From the NCBI GenBank assembly GCA_031556415.1, contig JAVBSZ010000065.1, positions 1-22,628 of the forward strand: DNA of 22,628 nucleotides. Direction: 5' to 3'. Numbering within the stretch: position 1 is the first letter of the stretch; the number at the start of each line of letters is the position of its first letter. Position numbers and translations under genes: made by a program. This stretch comes from Opitutales bacterium (GTDB lineage Bacteria; Verrucomicrobiota; Verrucomicrobiia; Opitutales; Intestinicryptomonadaceae). Of the stretch, positions 1 through 7,947 are shown piece after piece. The notes under the pieces were generated by a model. The model did not search any database. It was not told the origin of the DNA and was given only the letters and a program-made list of their open reading frames with translations.

Positions 1-1574
1 TTTCGGGCACGGAGGAGTTCTCCTTCGTCACCGCGTACGAGCCCATATACGACATCTCAAGAAACGTCATCGGCATGCTTTCCTACGGAATGACGAGCGA
101 CTTTTCCTCATTCATCTGCGACTATCTCCAGACGCAGAGGATAGCTTCCAACGGCTACATCTGGGTGATAGAGACGGGCGCGCAGGGGGCCGCAAAAGTC
201 AAGGTCAGCAAGAGCGCGGACACCAGCCTGCCCTTCTCAAGAACAGGGGAGCGCAGCGTCTCGCAGATAAGGTTTGACCGGTTTTTGGACAGGGCCAAGG
301 CCCTTGAAAAGGGAGACATCGGCATAGAAAAATTCTCCGTGCCCAGCGCCGACGAGGCCGCGGGCGGAGAGATGATAGTGGCCTACACCTATTACGAGCC
401 CTGGGGATGGCTCATAGGCGTCAACGTCTACCAGAAGGATTTCACGCATTTAAGCCGCGCAATAAGCGCCCAGGCCGACAAGCTGCTGCGCAACATGTGG
501 GCCGCCTCAATGCTGGTGCTGCTGCTCACCGCCGCCATAGCGTGGAGGGTGTCGGCGCGCATGTCCGAACCCTTCTCCGTGCTGCTGCGCCTCACAAACC
601 ATTTGAAGAGCGGAAACATAAAGCTTGCCGAGGAAAGCGCGCGGCAGATAGGCATGCTCAAGCGCAGCAACGAGAGCAACATCAAGGCCATGCTGCGCCT
701 CAGTCTCAAGATGATAAGGACGCTTTCTGGGCTGATAGCCAAGGTGCGCGCCTCTTCGCTGATGCTCGTCAAAAATTCCGCGGACATTTCAAGCGGGGTC
801 TCCGGAATAGAGGAGGCGGTGGCGGCGCAGACGGAGGGCATACTCAAGTCAAGCCGCGCAAGCCGCGCAATCACGCTTTCCTCGAACAGGCTCACCGACG
901 AGGCGGGAGTCTCCGCCCAGCGAGCCTACGCGGCCATGGAGCTCGCCAAAGGCGGCATCAAAGACCTCGCAAACCTCAAGGAAAATTCCGAAAACCTCAC
1001 GGAGGCGGCGGGCGCGATATCCTCAAAGCTTTCCATAATCGCGCAGAAGGCGCAGGCCATAGGCGCGATAGTCTCCGCGATTTCCGCCATCAGCGAAAAG
1101 ACAAGCCTGCTGAGCCTCAACGCGGCGATAGAGGCGAGCAAATCCGGCGAATTCGGCAAGGGCTTTGAGACGGTCGCCGAACAGATTAAAGGCCTCGCCG
1201 CCAAGACGGCCGCATCGAGCATACAGATGAAAAGCATGGTGCGCCGCATGCAGCAGTCTCTTGACTCCGGCGAGAAGGAGGTCGGCGGCTTCTCCGTAAA
1301 AGTCTCCCGCGCCTACCTTATTATAGAGGATGCCGACAGGAGCCTCGCCAAGATTATCGAGCAGGTGGGCCAGCTCGGCCCCAAATTCGAATCGCTCTCA
1401 AAGGGCGTCTCCGAACAGGCCGACAACGCCGCGCAGATTTCCGAAACGATGTCCGAACTCAGCGTCATGGCCCTCAACACGAAAGACAAGCTCGCGGAAT
1501 TCAAGAGCGCCGCCGACGCCCTCAGCTCGACGAGCGAAGCGCTCAAGACGCAAATCTCCAATTTCAAAATCTGA
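1..1574 (+). CDS. Methyl-accepting chemotaxis protein, 5' end truncated by the window edge (Cache-like sensor, TM, HAMP, MCP signalling domain)
   Basis: The frame of the 75..1574 ORF stays open back to nt 3, so the gene starts upstream of the window. The N-terminal stretch (YIWVIETG...IVAYTYYEPWGWLIGVNVYQKDF) resembles a Cache periplasmic sensor. A hydrophobic TM follows (MWAASMLVLLLTAAIAW). The signalling core SLLSLNAAIEASKSGEFGKGFETVAEQIKGLAAKTAASS is a divergent but recognisable MCP highly conserved domain, with a long coiled-coil C-terminus. Confidence 0.85.
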   Translation, partial: SGTEEFSFVTAYEPIYDISRNVIGMLSYGMTSDFSSFICDYLQTQRIASNGYIWVIETGAQGAAKVKVSKSADTSLPFSRTGERSVSQIRFDRFLDRAKALEKGDIGIEKFSVPSADEAAGGEMIVAYTYYEPWGWLIGVNVYQKDFTHLSRAISAQADKLLRNMWAASMLVLLLTAAIAWRVSARMSEPFSVLLRLTNHLKSGNIKLAEESARQIGMLKRSNESNIKAMLRLSLKMIRTLSGLIAKVRASSLMLVKNSADISSGVSGIEEAVAAQTEGILKSSRASRAITLSSNRLTDEAGVSAQRAYAAMELAKGGIKDLANLKENSENLTEAAGAISSKLSIIAQKAQAIGAIVSAISAISEKTSLLSLNAAIEASKSGEFGKGFETVAEQIKGLAAKTAASSIQMKSMVRRMQQSLDSGEKEVGGFSVKVSRAYLIIEDADRSLAKIIEQVGQLGPKFESLSKGVSEQADNAAQISETMSELSVMALNTKDKLAEFKSAADALSSTSEALKTQISNFKI

Positions 1575-1621
1575 TTTTGGCGGGTGATTTTGCCGAATAA
1601 CTGCGTTTGCTTCGCGCGCCC

Positions 1622-1652
1622 GACCGCTTACGTACATCAGTACGCTACGCGC
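1622..1652 (-). repeat. Copy of the intergenic palindromic element family, inverted orientation (core CCGTAGCGTACT-GATGTACGTAAGCGG)
   Basis: The reverse complement of 1622-1652 matches the core of the element at 13431-13462 at about 26 of 29 positions. It lies immediately downstream of the MCP stop codon. Confidence 0.45.
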
Positions 1653-1675
1653 CCGTGCGCACTTCGCAAGCCTCG

Positions 1676-1890
1676 TTCTTCATCCAAAATCCCCGCCGCC
1701 AAAACGGGAAAGCAAATTTTTCAGACAAAACTAATGTGCACTCCTGCCCGCTCACATCCTTGCGCCTGCTTCTGCATCCAAAATAACTCCGTAAAAAAAC
1801 GGAACACCTTTGGTTCGCGCCTTCATTCCAAATCATTGCGCCAAAACGGGAGAGGAAGTTGCGAGTTCAATAACTCCGTGAAAACGGGTA
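1676..1890 (+). promoter_or_regulatory. Tandem array of a ~35 bp bipartite motif (tTCATCCAAAAT-N6-7-GCCAAAACGGGA), four full copies plus one half copy, in the 460 bp non-coding region upstream of rplU
   Basis: Direct repeats read from the sequence: 1680-1709, 1776-1806, 1823-1850 and a half copy at 1868-1889 (AACTCCGTGAAAACGGG). The spacer motif AACTCCGT is shared by copies 2 and the half copy. All copies have the same orientation as rplU-rpmA. Confidence 0.35.
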
Positions 1891-2036
1891 ATGTCTCCTT
1901 AAGTGAATCAAAAAAGAAAAAAGCGGAAAATCACCTTAGATTCAAGATGGGACGGACATCTAAAATAGTTGAAAAAAAACCTTGCAGTGGGGGTGAATAG
2001 CTATTTAGTTGCTCGTTTTTCTTAAAGTTATAAAAG

Positions 2037-2351
2037 ATGAAAGCTACAATTAAAATACAGGGCAAGCAGCTTACCGTTACGGAAGGCGACATCGTGTTTG
2101 TGAACCGCTTTGTCGGCTCCAACGCGGGAGACTCCATTGCCATCAATGAAGTCCTCATGCTCGGCGAAGGCGCCGGCGCAAAGTTCGGCACGCCGCTTGT
2201 TGACGGCGCCAGCGTGAGCGTCAAGGTTCTCGAGAACAAGCGCGGCAAGAAGGTCGACATTTTCAAAAAACACCGCAGGAAGGGCTATGAACGCAGGCGC
2301 GGACACCGCCAGGAACTTTCTGTAATCAAGGTAGAATCCATCAAGGGCTAA
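2037..2351 (+). CDS. rplU: 50S ribosomal protein L21
   Basis: 104 aa beginning [25 protein letters not shown], with a basic C-terminus ([16 protein letters not shown]). Typical L21 family sequence and length. Confidence 0.95.
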   Translation: MKATIKIQGKQLTVTEGDIVFVNRFVGSNAGDSIAINEVLMLGEGAGAKFGTPLVDGASVSVKVLENKRGKKVDIFKKHRRKGYERRRGHRQELSVIKVESIKG

Positions 2352-2367
2352 TTGAAAGGCACAATTC

Positions 2368-2610
2368 ATGGCACATAAAAAAGGTCAGGGAACATCAAGG
2401 AACGGCAGAGACTCCAAGCCGAAGATGCGCGGCGTCAAAAAGTACGGCGGCGAAGCCGTCGTTGCCGGCAACATCATAATCCGCCAGTGCGGCACCAAAA
2501 TCCGCGCGGGAGAGAATGTGGGCATGGGCAGGGACTTCACCCTCTTCGCCCTTTCCGACGGCACAGTGAAGTGGGACGGCGCGCACAGGAAAGTTTCCGT
2601 AATCGCCTAA
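2368..2610 (+). CDS. rpmA: 50S ribosomal protein L27
   Basis: 80 aa beginning [16 protein letters not shown]...[36 protein letters not shown], a canonical L27. It starts 16 bp downstream of rplU; a weak GAAAGG lies 12 bp upstream. Confidence 0.95.
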   Translation: MAHKKGQGTSRNGRDSKPKMRGVKKYGGEAVVAGNIIIRQCGTKIRAGENVGMGRDFTLFALSDGTVKWDGAHRKVSVIA

Positions 2611-2630
2611 GCCGCACCAATAAAATTTTA

Positions 2631-2656
2631 GCCCTCCCAACGGAGGGCTTTTTTTT
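2631..2656 (+). terminator. Rho-independent terminator of rplU-rpmA
   Basis: GCCCTCC-caac-GGAGGGC hairpin followed by a T8 run, 20 bp after the rpmA stop codon. Confidence 0.8.
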
Positions 2657-2689
2657 GCGCCTTAAAGGCGCCAAGGTGCCGCTTACCCA

Positions 2690-2762
2690 GGGGGCTTTCG
2701 CCCCCTTCGTATTGGGTGCCAGGGCACCATCTTATTAGGGGGCTTTCGCCCCCTTCGTATTG
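2690..2762. repeat. Perfect tandem duplication of a 25-27 bp GC-hairpin unit (GGGGGCtttcGCCCCC-TTCGTATTG), 48 bp period
   Basis: Units at 2690-2714 and 2738-2762 are identical over 25 bp (27 bp if the preceding AG is included). Each forms a 6 bp G/C stem with a 4 nt loop followed by a U-rich tail. The 23 bp spacer itself contains the hairpin GGTGCCagGGCACC. Confidence 0.7.
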
Positions 2763-2940
2763 CTTCGCAATGACTACCCCCTTCACAATCCAAATGAAAA
2801 ACGAGACTCCGTTTGACTTTATTCATACACGCGCTACAAGCGCGTCTTGCGACTCACCGCGTAAGCGGCATCAGAAAACAACTTCAGCTTGCTATCTGTT
2901 TTGGCTGAACGATTTTCGATGAAGAGCAAGGCGCAAGGAT

Positions 2941-2984
2941 GTGAGTGGACAGGAGTGTACATTAAGTACATGACTGGTCACGAA
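2941..2984 (+). repeat. Probable member of the intergenic palindromic element family (GTGAGTGG..AGTGTACattaAGTACATGACTGGTCACGA)
   Basis: Its flanks (GTGaGTGG at the 5' side, gTACaTGAcTGGTC at the 3' side) align with the element at 13304-13331. It also shares CATGACTGGTC with the element at 7796-7826. It has an internal TGTAC/GTACA hairpin. It lies at the 3' end of the convergent SulP gene. Confidence 0.35.
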
Positions 2985-3002
2985 TCGTCCGAAGCAACGC
3001 CG

Positions 3003-4676
3003 CTATTCGCGAAAAGCGTCAGCCAAAATGCGGGCGCGGGAGAGAGCTAGGTCTATATTCTCCGCCACATTCTCCTCTCCAAGCCTCTGGATGAAGCCGG
3101 ATTTTTTCATTATCTTGTAGGGCTGGGAGTGGGCGCCGCTGATGACAAGGGCTATGCCCTGGGCGGAGAGCTTGAGGCGTATACGCTCGAGGGCGGCGAG
3201 GGCGGTGGCGTCCATGGCCTGGACGGTGCGCATCCTTATAATAATGACTTTTGGGGGAGTGGCGCTTTTGCCGAGTATGTTTTCAAGCTTGTCGGCCGCG
3301 CCGAACATGAGCACGCCGAAGACCCTGAAGACGACGACGCCCGCGGGGACGTCCTTGCCTTCGAGGGAGTCCAAATGCGTTTCGTGCTCCTGCTGCTGGT
3401 CGAGCTGGGCCACTTCCGTCGTCCTCGAAACCCTGCTGATGAAGAGCATGGCGGCCAGCAGCATGCCGATTTCCACGGCGACTGTCAGGCCGAAAACCAC
3501 CGTCAGAAGGAAGGTGATGAGGTAGACGGAGGCGTCGCTTTTGGGCATGCGCTTCATCATTTTGAATTCGCTCCACTCGCCCATGTTGTAGGCGACGACG
3601 AAGAGCACCGCCGCAAGACAGGAAAGCGGTATGTACTTTGCGTATGGGGCCACGACGAGCAGTATGAGCAGCAGCGTCAGTGCGTGGATGATGCCGGCTA
3701 CCGGCGTTTTTGCGCCGTTTTTGACGTTGGCGGCGGTGCGCGCAATCGCGCCCGTGGCGGGTATTCCGCCGAAGAAGGGGACCACCATGTTGGCTATGCC
3801 CTGCCCTATGAGCTCCTGATTTGAATTGTGCTTCTCCTCAATAAGGCCGTCGGCCACGACGGCGGAAAGGAGGGATTCTATCGCGGCCAAAATCGCGATT
3901 GTTATGGCGGGGGAAATCAGGTATTTGATTTCGGAAAATTTGATGTCCAAAAATTTGAACTCCGGAAAGGCGGAGGAAATCTCTCCGAACTTGCTGTGTA
4001 TCGTTTCAACGTCGAGGCCTATGAAGGCGGAGGCGAGCGTGGCCAGAACTATCGCCACAATTGAGCCCGGAACGCGCGCGGCGAGCTTCTTTGGCCAGAA
4101 CCATATCAGCGCCACGCAGCCTGCGGACATCAGCGTGGCCGTGATGTTTATCGACGAAAAATTCCTGTACGCGAGGCGCAGCGTGTCAACGAAGTCTTCA
4201 GAATTCTCGGGGAAAGTGAAGCCGAAGAAGTCCTTGAGCTGCGTGGAAATTATGAGCACGGCGATGCCGTTTGTGAAACCTATCGTCACGGGGCGCGGTA
4301 TGTAGCGTATGACGCTGCCCATCTTGGCAAAGCCCATGAAAAGAAGCATGCCGCCCGCTATGAAGGTTGAAATTGCAAGCCCAGTGTATCCGTACTGGTT
4401 GACGATGCCAAGAACGATTATGACGAAAGCTCCTGTGGGCCCGCCTATCTGCACCTTTGAGCCGCCGAAGAAGGAGATGAGGAAGCCCGCTATGACCGCG
4501 GTGATGAGGCCCTGCTCGGGCTTCACGCCGCTTGCTATGCCGAAGGCCATAGCAAGCGGAAGCGCGATGATGCCCACGCTGATACCCGCGCCAAGGTCGG
4601 CGCCGAAGGTGCGCAGATTGTAGCCCTTGAGGCATTCAAACAGCTTGGGCTGAAAACTTAGCTTAAAACGCTTCAT
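3003..4676 (-). CDS. SulP family inorganic anion (sulfate/bicarbonate-type) transporter with C-terminal STAS domain
   Basis: 557 aa with many TM helices. The N-terminus (GADLGAGISVGIIALPLAMAFGIASGV) is a typical SulP signature region. The C-terminal ~120 aa (VIIIRMRTVQAMDATALAALERIRLKLSAQGIALVISGA) is STAS-like. Confidence 0.9.
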   Translation of the reverse strand: MKRFKLSFQPKLFECLKGYNLRTFGADLGAGISVGIIALPLAMAFGIASGVKPEQGLITAVIAGFLISFFGGSKVQIGGPTGAFVIIVLGIVNQYGYTGLAISTFIAGGMLLFMGFAKMGSVIRYIPRPVTIGFTNGIAVLIISTQLKDFFGFTFPENSEDFVDTLRLAYRNFSSINITATLMSAGCVALIWFWPKKLAARVPGSIVAIVLATLASAFIGLDVETIHSKFGEISSAFPEFKFLDIKFSEIKYLISPAITIAILAAIESLLSAVVADGLIEEKHNSNQELIGQGIANMVVPFFGGIPATGAIARTAANVKNGAKTPVAGIIHALTLLLILLVVAPYAKYIPLSCLAAVLFVVAYNMGEWSEFKMMKRMPKSDASVYLITFLLTVVFGLTVAVEIGMLLAAMLFISRVSRTTEVAQLDQQQEHETHLDSLEGKDVPAGVVVFRVFGVLMFGAADKLENILGKSATPPKVIIIRMRTVQAMDATALAALERIRLKLSAQGIALVISGAHSQPYKIMKKSGFIQRLGEENVAENIDLALSRARILADAFRE

Positions 4677-4813
4677 AAAAAATGGGAGAGAAAATCACTT
4701 TTGCGGATTGAAATCAACATATTTTAAGCAAAATTCGGCAGATGCCATCCTGCGCCGAAAGGCAAATTTATTTGACAAGCCTGCGTCCGCTTCTAGTTTT
4801 TAGCGCAATTTTT

Positions 4814-6388
4814 ATGAACTGGCAAAGATTCCAAAAGTATTTTCTCAATTTGAAAGAATTGGGATTCAGTCTCGACGTTAGCCGCGTGCAGTTTGACGAC
4901 GGCTTCTTAAAGTCCATGGAAGGCAGGGCCGCAAAGGCCGTGGCCGACATGAAGAGCCTCGAAGGCGGCGCAATCGCCAACCCCGACGAAAAGCGCATGG
5001 TGGGCCACTACTGGCTGCGCGCCCCCAAGCTCGCCCCCAACGCGGAAATCCGCGCGGAAATTGAAGGCACGGCGGCGAAGATAAAGGACTTTGCGGCAAA
5101 AATCCACTCCGGAGAAATCTCAGGCAAGGGCGGAAAGTTCGAGAACATACTCTGCATAGGCATAGGCGGGAGCGCGCTGGGCCCGCAGTTCGTTGGCGAG
5201 GCCCTTTCAAAGCCCGCGCAGGACAAGATGAAGGTCTACTTCCTCGACAACACCGACCCCGACGGCTTTGACCTCGTCTTCGAAAAGATAGGAGAAAAGC
5301 TCGCCAACACGCTGGCGATAGTCACCTCGAAGTCCGGCGGCACGCCGGAGCCGCGCAACGCCATGCTCGAAGCCATGGCCAAATACGAGGCCGCGGGGCT
5401 GGACTTTGCTAAGCACGCAGTCGCCACGACCGGCGAAGGCAGCCAGCTGCACAAATTCTCAACGGAAAAGGGCTTCATCGAATTCTTCCCCATGTGGGAC
5501 TGGGTGGGCGGACGCACAAGCGAGTTTGCGGCCGTCGGCCTGCTTCCGGCGGCGCTCCAGGGCATAGACATAGACGCCCTTTTGGAAGGCGCGCGCCTCA
5601 TGGACGAAGCCACCCGCAACCCTGACTGTCTTAAGAACCCCGCCCTGCTCATGGCGCTGATGTGGTTTTTCTGCACCAATGGAAAGGGCGAAAAAGACCT
5701 AGTCATGCTCCCCTACAAAGACAGGCTGCTGCTCCTTTCAAGATACCTGCAGCAGCTCATCATGGAGTCCCTCGGAAAAGAGCTGGACCTCGACGGCAAG
5801 GTCGTCGAACAGGGCATTTCCGTGTACGGCAACAAGGGCTCTACCGACCAGCACGCGTACGTCCAGCAACTGCGCGACGGCGTTGACAACTTCTTCATCA
5901 CCTTCATCGAAGTCCTAAAAGACAGGGCTTCAGACAGCATATTTGTGGAGGACGGCATCACCAGCGGAGACTATCTGCAGGGCTTTCTGCTTGGCACGCG
6001 CGAAGCCTTGAGCGCCAAAAAGCGCAACAATATGACAATCACGGTGTCGGAAGTTTCCGCGCAGACCGTCGGCGCCCTCATCGCACTTTTTGACAGGGCC
6101 ACGGGCTTCTACGCGTCGTTTATAAACATCAACGCCTATCACCAGCCGGGAGTTGAGGCGGGCAAGAAAGCGGCGGGGGAAATCCTCAAAACCGAGAAAA
6201 AAATCCTCGATATTCTGGCAAAAAGCGGCAAGTCGCTCTCGATTGACGAAATCGCAAGTGAAATTATGCTTGATAATGGTCAGGAAATCGTATTTAAATT
6301 GTTGTCACATTTGGCAGCAAATCCTTCAAGGGGCGTCGTAGTTGATTCCGGAGAAGGGTTTGGAGCAAAGTTTAAACTGGAAAAATAA
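4814..6388 (+). CDS. pgi: Glucose-6-phosphate isomerase (cyanobacterial/plant-like PGI type)
   Basis: The sequence contains [12 protein letters not shown], the SKSGGTPEP and [13 protein letters not shown] signatures, and a [11 protein letters not shown] block. The start is placed at ATG 4814 ([10 protein letters not shown]...[14 protein letters not shown]), which matches conserved N-termini of this PGI class. The upstream in-frame ATG at 4742 adds a non-conserved Cys-rich extension. Confidence 0.9.
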   Translation: MNWQRFQKYFLNLKELGFSLDVSRVQFDDGFLKSMEGRAAKAVADMKSLEGGAIANPDEKRMVGHYWLRAPKLAPNAEIRAEIEGTAAKIKDFAAKIHSGEISGKGGKFENILCIGIGGSALGPQFVGEALSKPAQDKMKVYFLDNTDPDGFDLVFEKIGEKLANTLAIVTSKSGGTPEPRNAMLEAMAKYEAAGLDFAKHAVATTGEGSQLHKFSTEKGFIEFFPMWDWVGGRTSEFAAVGLLPAALQGIDIDALLEGARLMDEATRNPDCLKNPALLMALMWFFCTNGKGEKDLVMLPYKDRLLLLSRYLQQLIMESLGKELDLDGKVVEQGISVYGNKGSTDQHAYVQQLRDGVDNFFITFIEVLKDRASDSIFVEDGITSGDYLQGFLLGTREALSAKKRNNMTITVSEVSAQTVGALIALFDRATGFYASFININAYHQPGVEAGKKAAGEILKTEKKILDILAKSGKSLSIDEIASEIMLDNGQEIVFKLLSHLAANPSRGVVVDSGEGFGAKFKLEK

Positions 6389-6390
6389 TT

Positions 6391-7374
6391 ATGAAATACC
6401 TCCCCCTAGTTTTAAAAGTAGTAGCAATTCTTGCCGCGGCCTTCTGCGTTTACGCGTGGATGGACACCAAAGGCCAAATCAAAACCTCCATGGAGCACAT
6501 GAAGGATGTTTCCGGCGAAGACATCGTCACAAAGGCGTCCAATGTCCCCGGAATTATTGACACCCAGAAGAAAACCCAGGAGAGCCTGAGCAAGTCTGAC
6601 GCCACACTCAAAACCACGCAGGCTAAAGTTGCGGAACTCAATTCCGACCTCGAAGCGGAGCGCGCAAAGAGCATACAGATAAACGGGGAGCTTCAGAAGA
6701 GGAGCACGGAGCTGCGCAACGCAAACACGTCGCTTGAAGCCTCCAAGAAGAAGGTTGCCGAGTCTGAAAGCACGATAGCCGCCCTCAAGCAGGAAATCGT
6801 CAACACCAAGGCGCTCATGTCCAAGACGGACGAAGCCGACGGCCTCAAAAAGAAGGTTGCCGCGCTGGAATCCGACCTTGCCGCAAAGGAAGCGGAACTC
6901 ACCGCCGCCAACGCCAAGATCAAAAATTTCGAAGCGTCGGAGCTTGTGGAAGTCAAGGAAGTTGACCCCGTCACTGGCAAGGAAACCGTCCGCAAGGTCT
7001 ACAAGACACCCTACGTCTCCACGGGCGATATCGCAACGGTTCTCGGCGTGCTCCCCGAAAAGGGCGCAAACGTCTTCGCTATCAACCGCGGCAAGAACGG
7101 CAAGCTTGAAACGGGCCAGAAGCTCCTGCTCAAAAGGGACGGCGTGAACATCGCCGAAGCCACCGTTGACGAAGTGTATGACGACTACAGCACGCTCATT
7201 TTCAACTCTCGCAAGTACATTCCCGAAACGATAGAAGCCAACGACCAGCTCGAACTTATCGGAATTCAGGACGCCGCACCTGCACCCGCTGCGGCCCCGG
7301 CTGCCGAAGCTGCGGAAAAACCCGCAGCAGCAGCTCCCACCGCTGAAGAACCCGCCGCACCCGCCGCCGAGTAA
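6391..7374 (+). CDS. Hypothetical membrane-anchored coiled-coil protein with C-terminal beta-rich domain and Ala/Pro-rich tail
   Basis: 327 aa. There is an N-terminal TM (LPLVLKVVAILAAAFCVYAW) and ~170 aa of heptad-like coiled coil (LEAERAK...LESDLAAKEAELTAANAKIK). A compact domain follows (VSTGDIATVLGVLPEKGANVFAINRGKNGKLETGQKLLLKRDGVNIAEATVDEVYDD). The tail is low-complexity (AAPAPAAAPAAEAAEKPAAAAPTAEEPAAPAAE). The ATG lies 2 nt after the pgi stop. Confidence 0.65.
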   Translation: MKYLPLVLKVVAILAAAFCVYAWMDTKGQIKTSMEHMKDVSGEDIVTKASNVPGIIDTQKKTQESLSKSDATLKTTQAKVAELNSDLEAERAKSIQINGELQKRSTELRNANTSLEASKKKVAESESTIAALKQEIVNTKALMSKTDEADGLKKKVAALESDLAAKEAELTAANAKIKNFEASELVEVKEVDPVTGKETVRKVYKTPYVSTGDIATVLGVLPEKGANVFAINRGKNGKLETGQKLLLKRDGVNIAEATVDEVYDDYSTLIFNSRKYIPETIEANDQLELIGIQDAAPAPAAAPAAEAAEKPAAAAPTAEEPAAPAAE

Positions 7375-7389
7375 TCAACTGGCACTTTC

Positions 7390-7581
7390 ATGCGCAAGAT
7401 TGTTTTAGCTTTTCTCCTCGCCCTTGGGGCCCTTGCCTTGGCCGGTTGCGAAACCGCCGAAACGGAAGGCGTCAAGCCTTCGCGCAATTCGGGCTCGGGC
7501 GGGGATCTGCCCTGGAACAAACCGGCCTCCTGGGAAGGCGGCCTTCCGGGCATGCCCTCTTCAATGCAGAGGCAGAATTAA
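7390..7581 (+). CDS. Small putative lipoprotein (63 aa)
   Basis: Signal peptide with a lipobox (LALAGC). It starts 15 bp after the upstream gene and is followed by a strong terminator. It is short and has no recognisable domain, so it is called with moderate confidence only. Confidence 0.5.
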   Translation: MRKIVLAFLLALGALALAGCETAETEGVKPSRNSGSGGDLPWNKPASWEGGLPGMPSSMQRQN

Positions 7582-7611
7582 AACGTCTTCCACGCATCCG
7601 CAAAAAAACCG

Positions 7612-7641
7612 CCGTATCGGCGGTTTTTTTTATTCGGCGCA
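7612..7641. terminator. Intrinsic terminator, possibly bidirectional (A7-CCGCCG-tat-CGGCGG-T8)
   Basis: Perfect 6 bp GC stem with a 3 nt loop, flanked by an A-run upstream and a T8 run downstream, 30 bp after the lipoprotein stop. Confidence 0.8.
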
Positions 7642-7795
7642 GATTTTTATCCGCACGCACGGCGGCGCATGCAAAGCAATTAGGGCAAAAGTTCGCGAAA
7701 TACAGTACGCAACTCCAAACTTTCACATAGCCGTTTTCGCTCTGTCATTTTGGATGATAAACGAACATTCAAAAGGCGTTGCGGACGGGAGTGGG

Positions 7796-7826
7796 CTGAA
7801 GCCCATGACTGGTCGTGACGCCTCTT
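7796..7826 (+). repeat. Probable member of the intergenic palindromic element family (GGAGTGGGCtgaaGCCCATGACTGGTCGTGA), inside GGCGT/ACGCC outer stem (7783-7830)
   Basis: Shares GAGTGG and CATGACTGGTC(R)(Y)GA with the element at 2941-2984. The inner hairpin is replaced by GGGC-tgaa-GCCC. Confidence 0.35.
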
Positions 7827-7847
7827 GAAACGGAGTTCACCATCCAA

Positions 7848-7876
7848 AAGAACTTGCCAAAATGCGGACACTTGCT
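7848..7876 (+). promoter_or_regulatory. Single copy of the CATCCAAAA-N7-GCCAAAA(C/T)G(C/G)GGA bipartite motif, ~70 bp upstream of the TPR-exbBD operon
   Basis: CCATCCAAAAGaacttGCCAAAATGCGGACA aligns with the three full copies upstream of rplU and has the same orientation as the downstream genes. Confidence 0.35.
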
Positions 7877-7947
7877 TGAGTTTTGACCTAGACGGCACCC
7901 CATGTTTTTTATTGCAAACGCGCGCGAACGCTGGATACTTCTCTTCC

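Noticed and set aside
237-1637. Multiple overlapping ORFs on both strands inside the MCP gene (e.g. 407..1168 +, 428..895 -, 926..1249 -, 1313..1567 -, 1330..1587 +, 1398..1637 -).
   Set aside because: They are Arg/Ala/Pro-rich, low-complexity translations typical of alternative frames in high-GC DNA. They are wholly embedded in a gene with clear family motifs and have no start context or domain signal.
1584-2000. 138 aa ORF in the rplU upstream region.
   Set aside because: It is Cys/Arg/Lys-rich with a nonsense-like composition and is made entirely of the repeated non-coding motif array. It has no TM, signal or domain features.
2690-2762. The two identical 25 bp direct repeats with a 23 bp spacer, considered as a miniature CRISPR array.
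   Set aside because: There are only two units. The spacer is itself a palindrome related to the flanking sequence. The repeat is a simple GC hairpin with a U-tail (terminator-like), and no cas genes are nearby.
3129-4623. Plus-strand ORFs antisense to the SulP transporter (3129..3824, 3142..3525, 3826..4305, 4309..4623).
   Set aside because: They are mirror-frame artefacts of a GC-rich membrane-protein gene, with Gly/Arg/His-rich low complexity and no independent signals.
4742-4813. Upstream in-frame ATG for pgi (ORF-track start 4742).
   Set aside because: The extension ([24 protein letters not shown]) does not match conserved PGI N-termini. The protein from ATG 4814 begins with the MxWQR(F/Y)...LG..LD.SR..FDD block typical of this PGI class.
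7825-7947. ORF-track start at 7825 for the TPR protein (also 11621 for the TonB-like ORF and 12363 for the MBL ORF).
   Set aside because: The internal ATGs at 7948, 11684 and 12429 give a proper signal peptide, a TM anchor and an MBL N-terminus respectively. They also abolish overlaps with upstream genes. The longer forms add Ser/Pro/Arg-rich leaders with no function.
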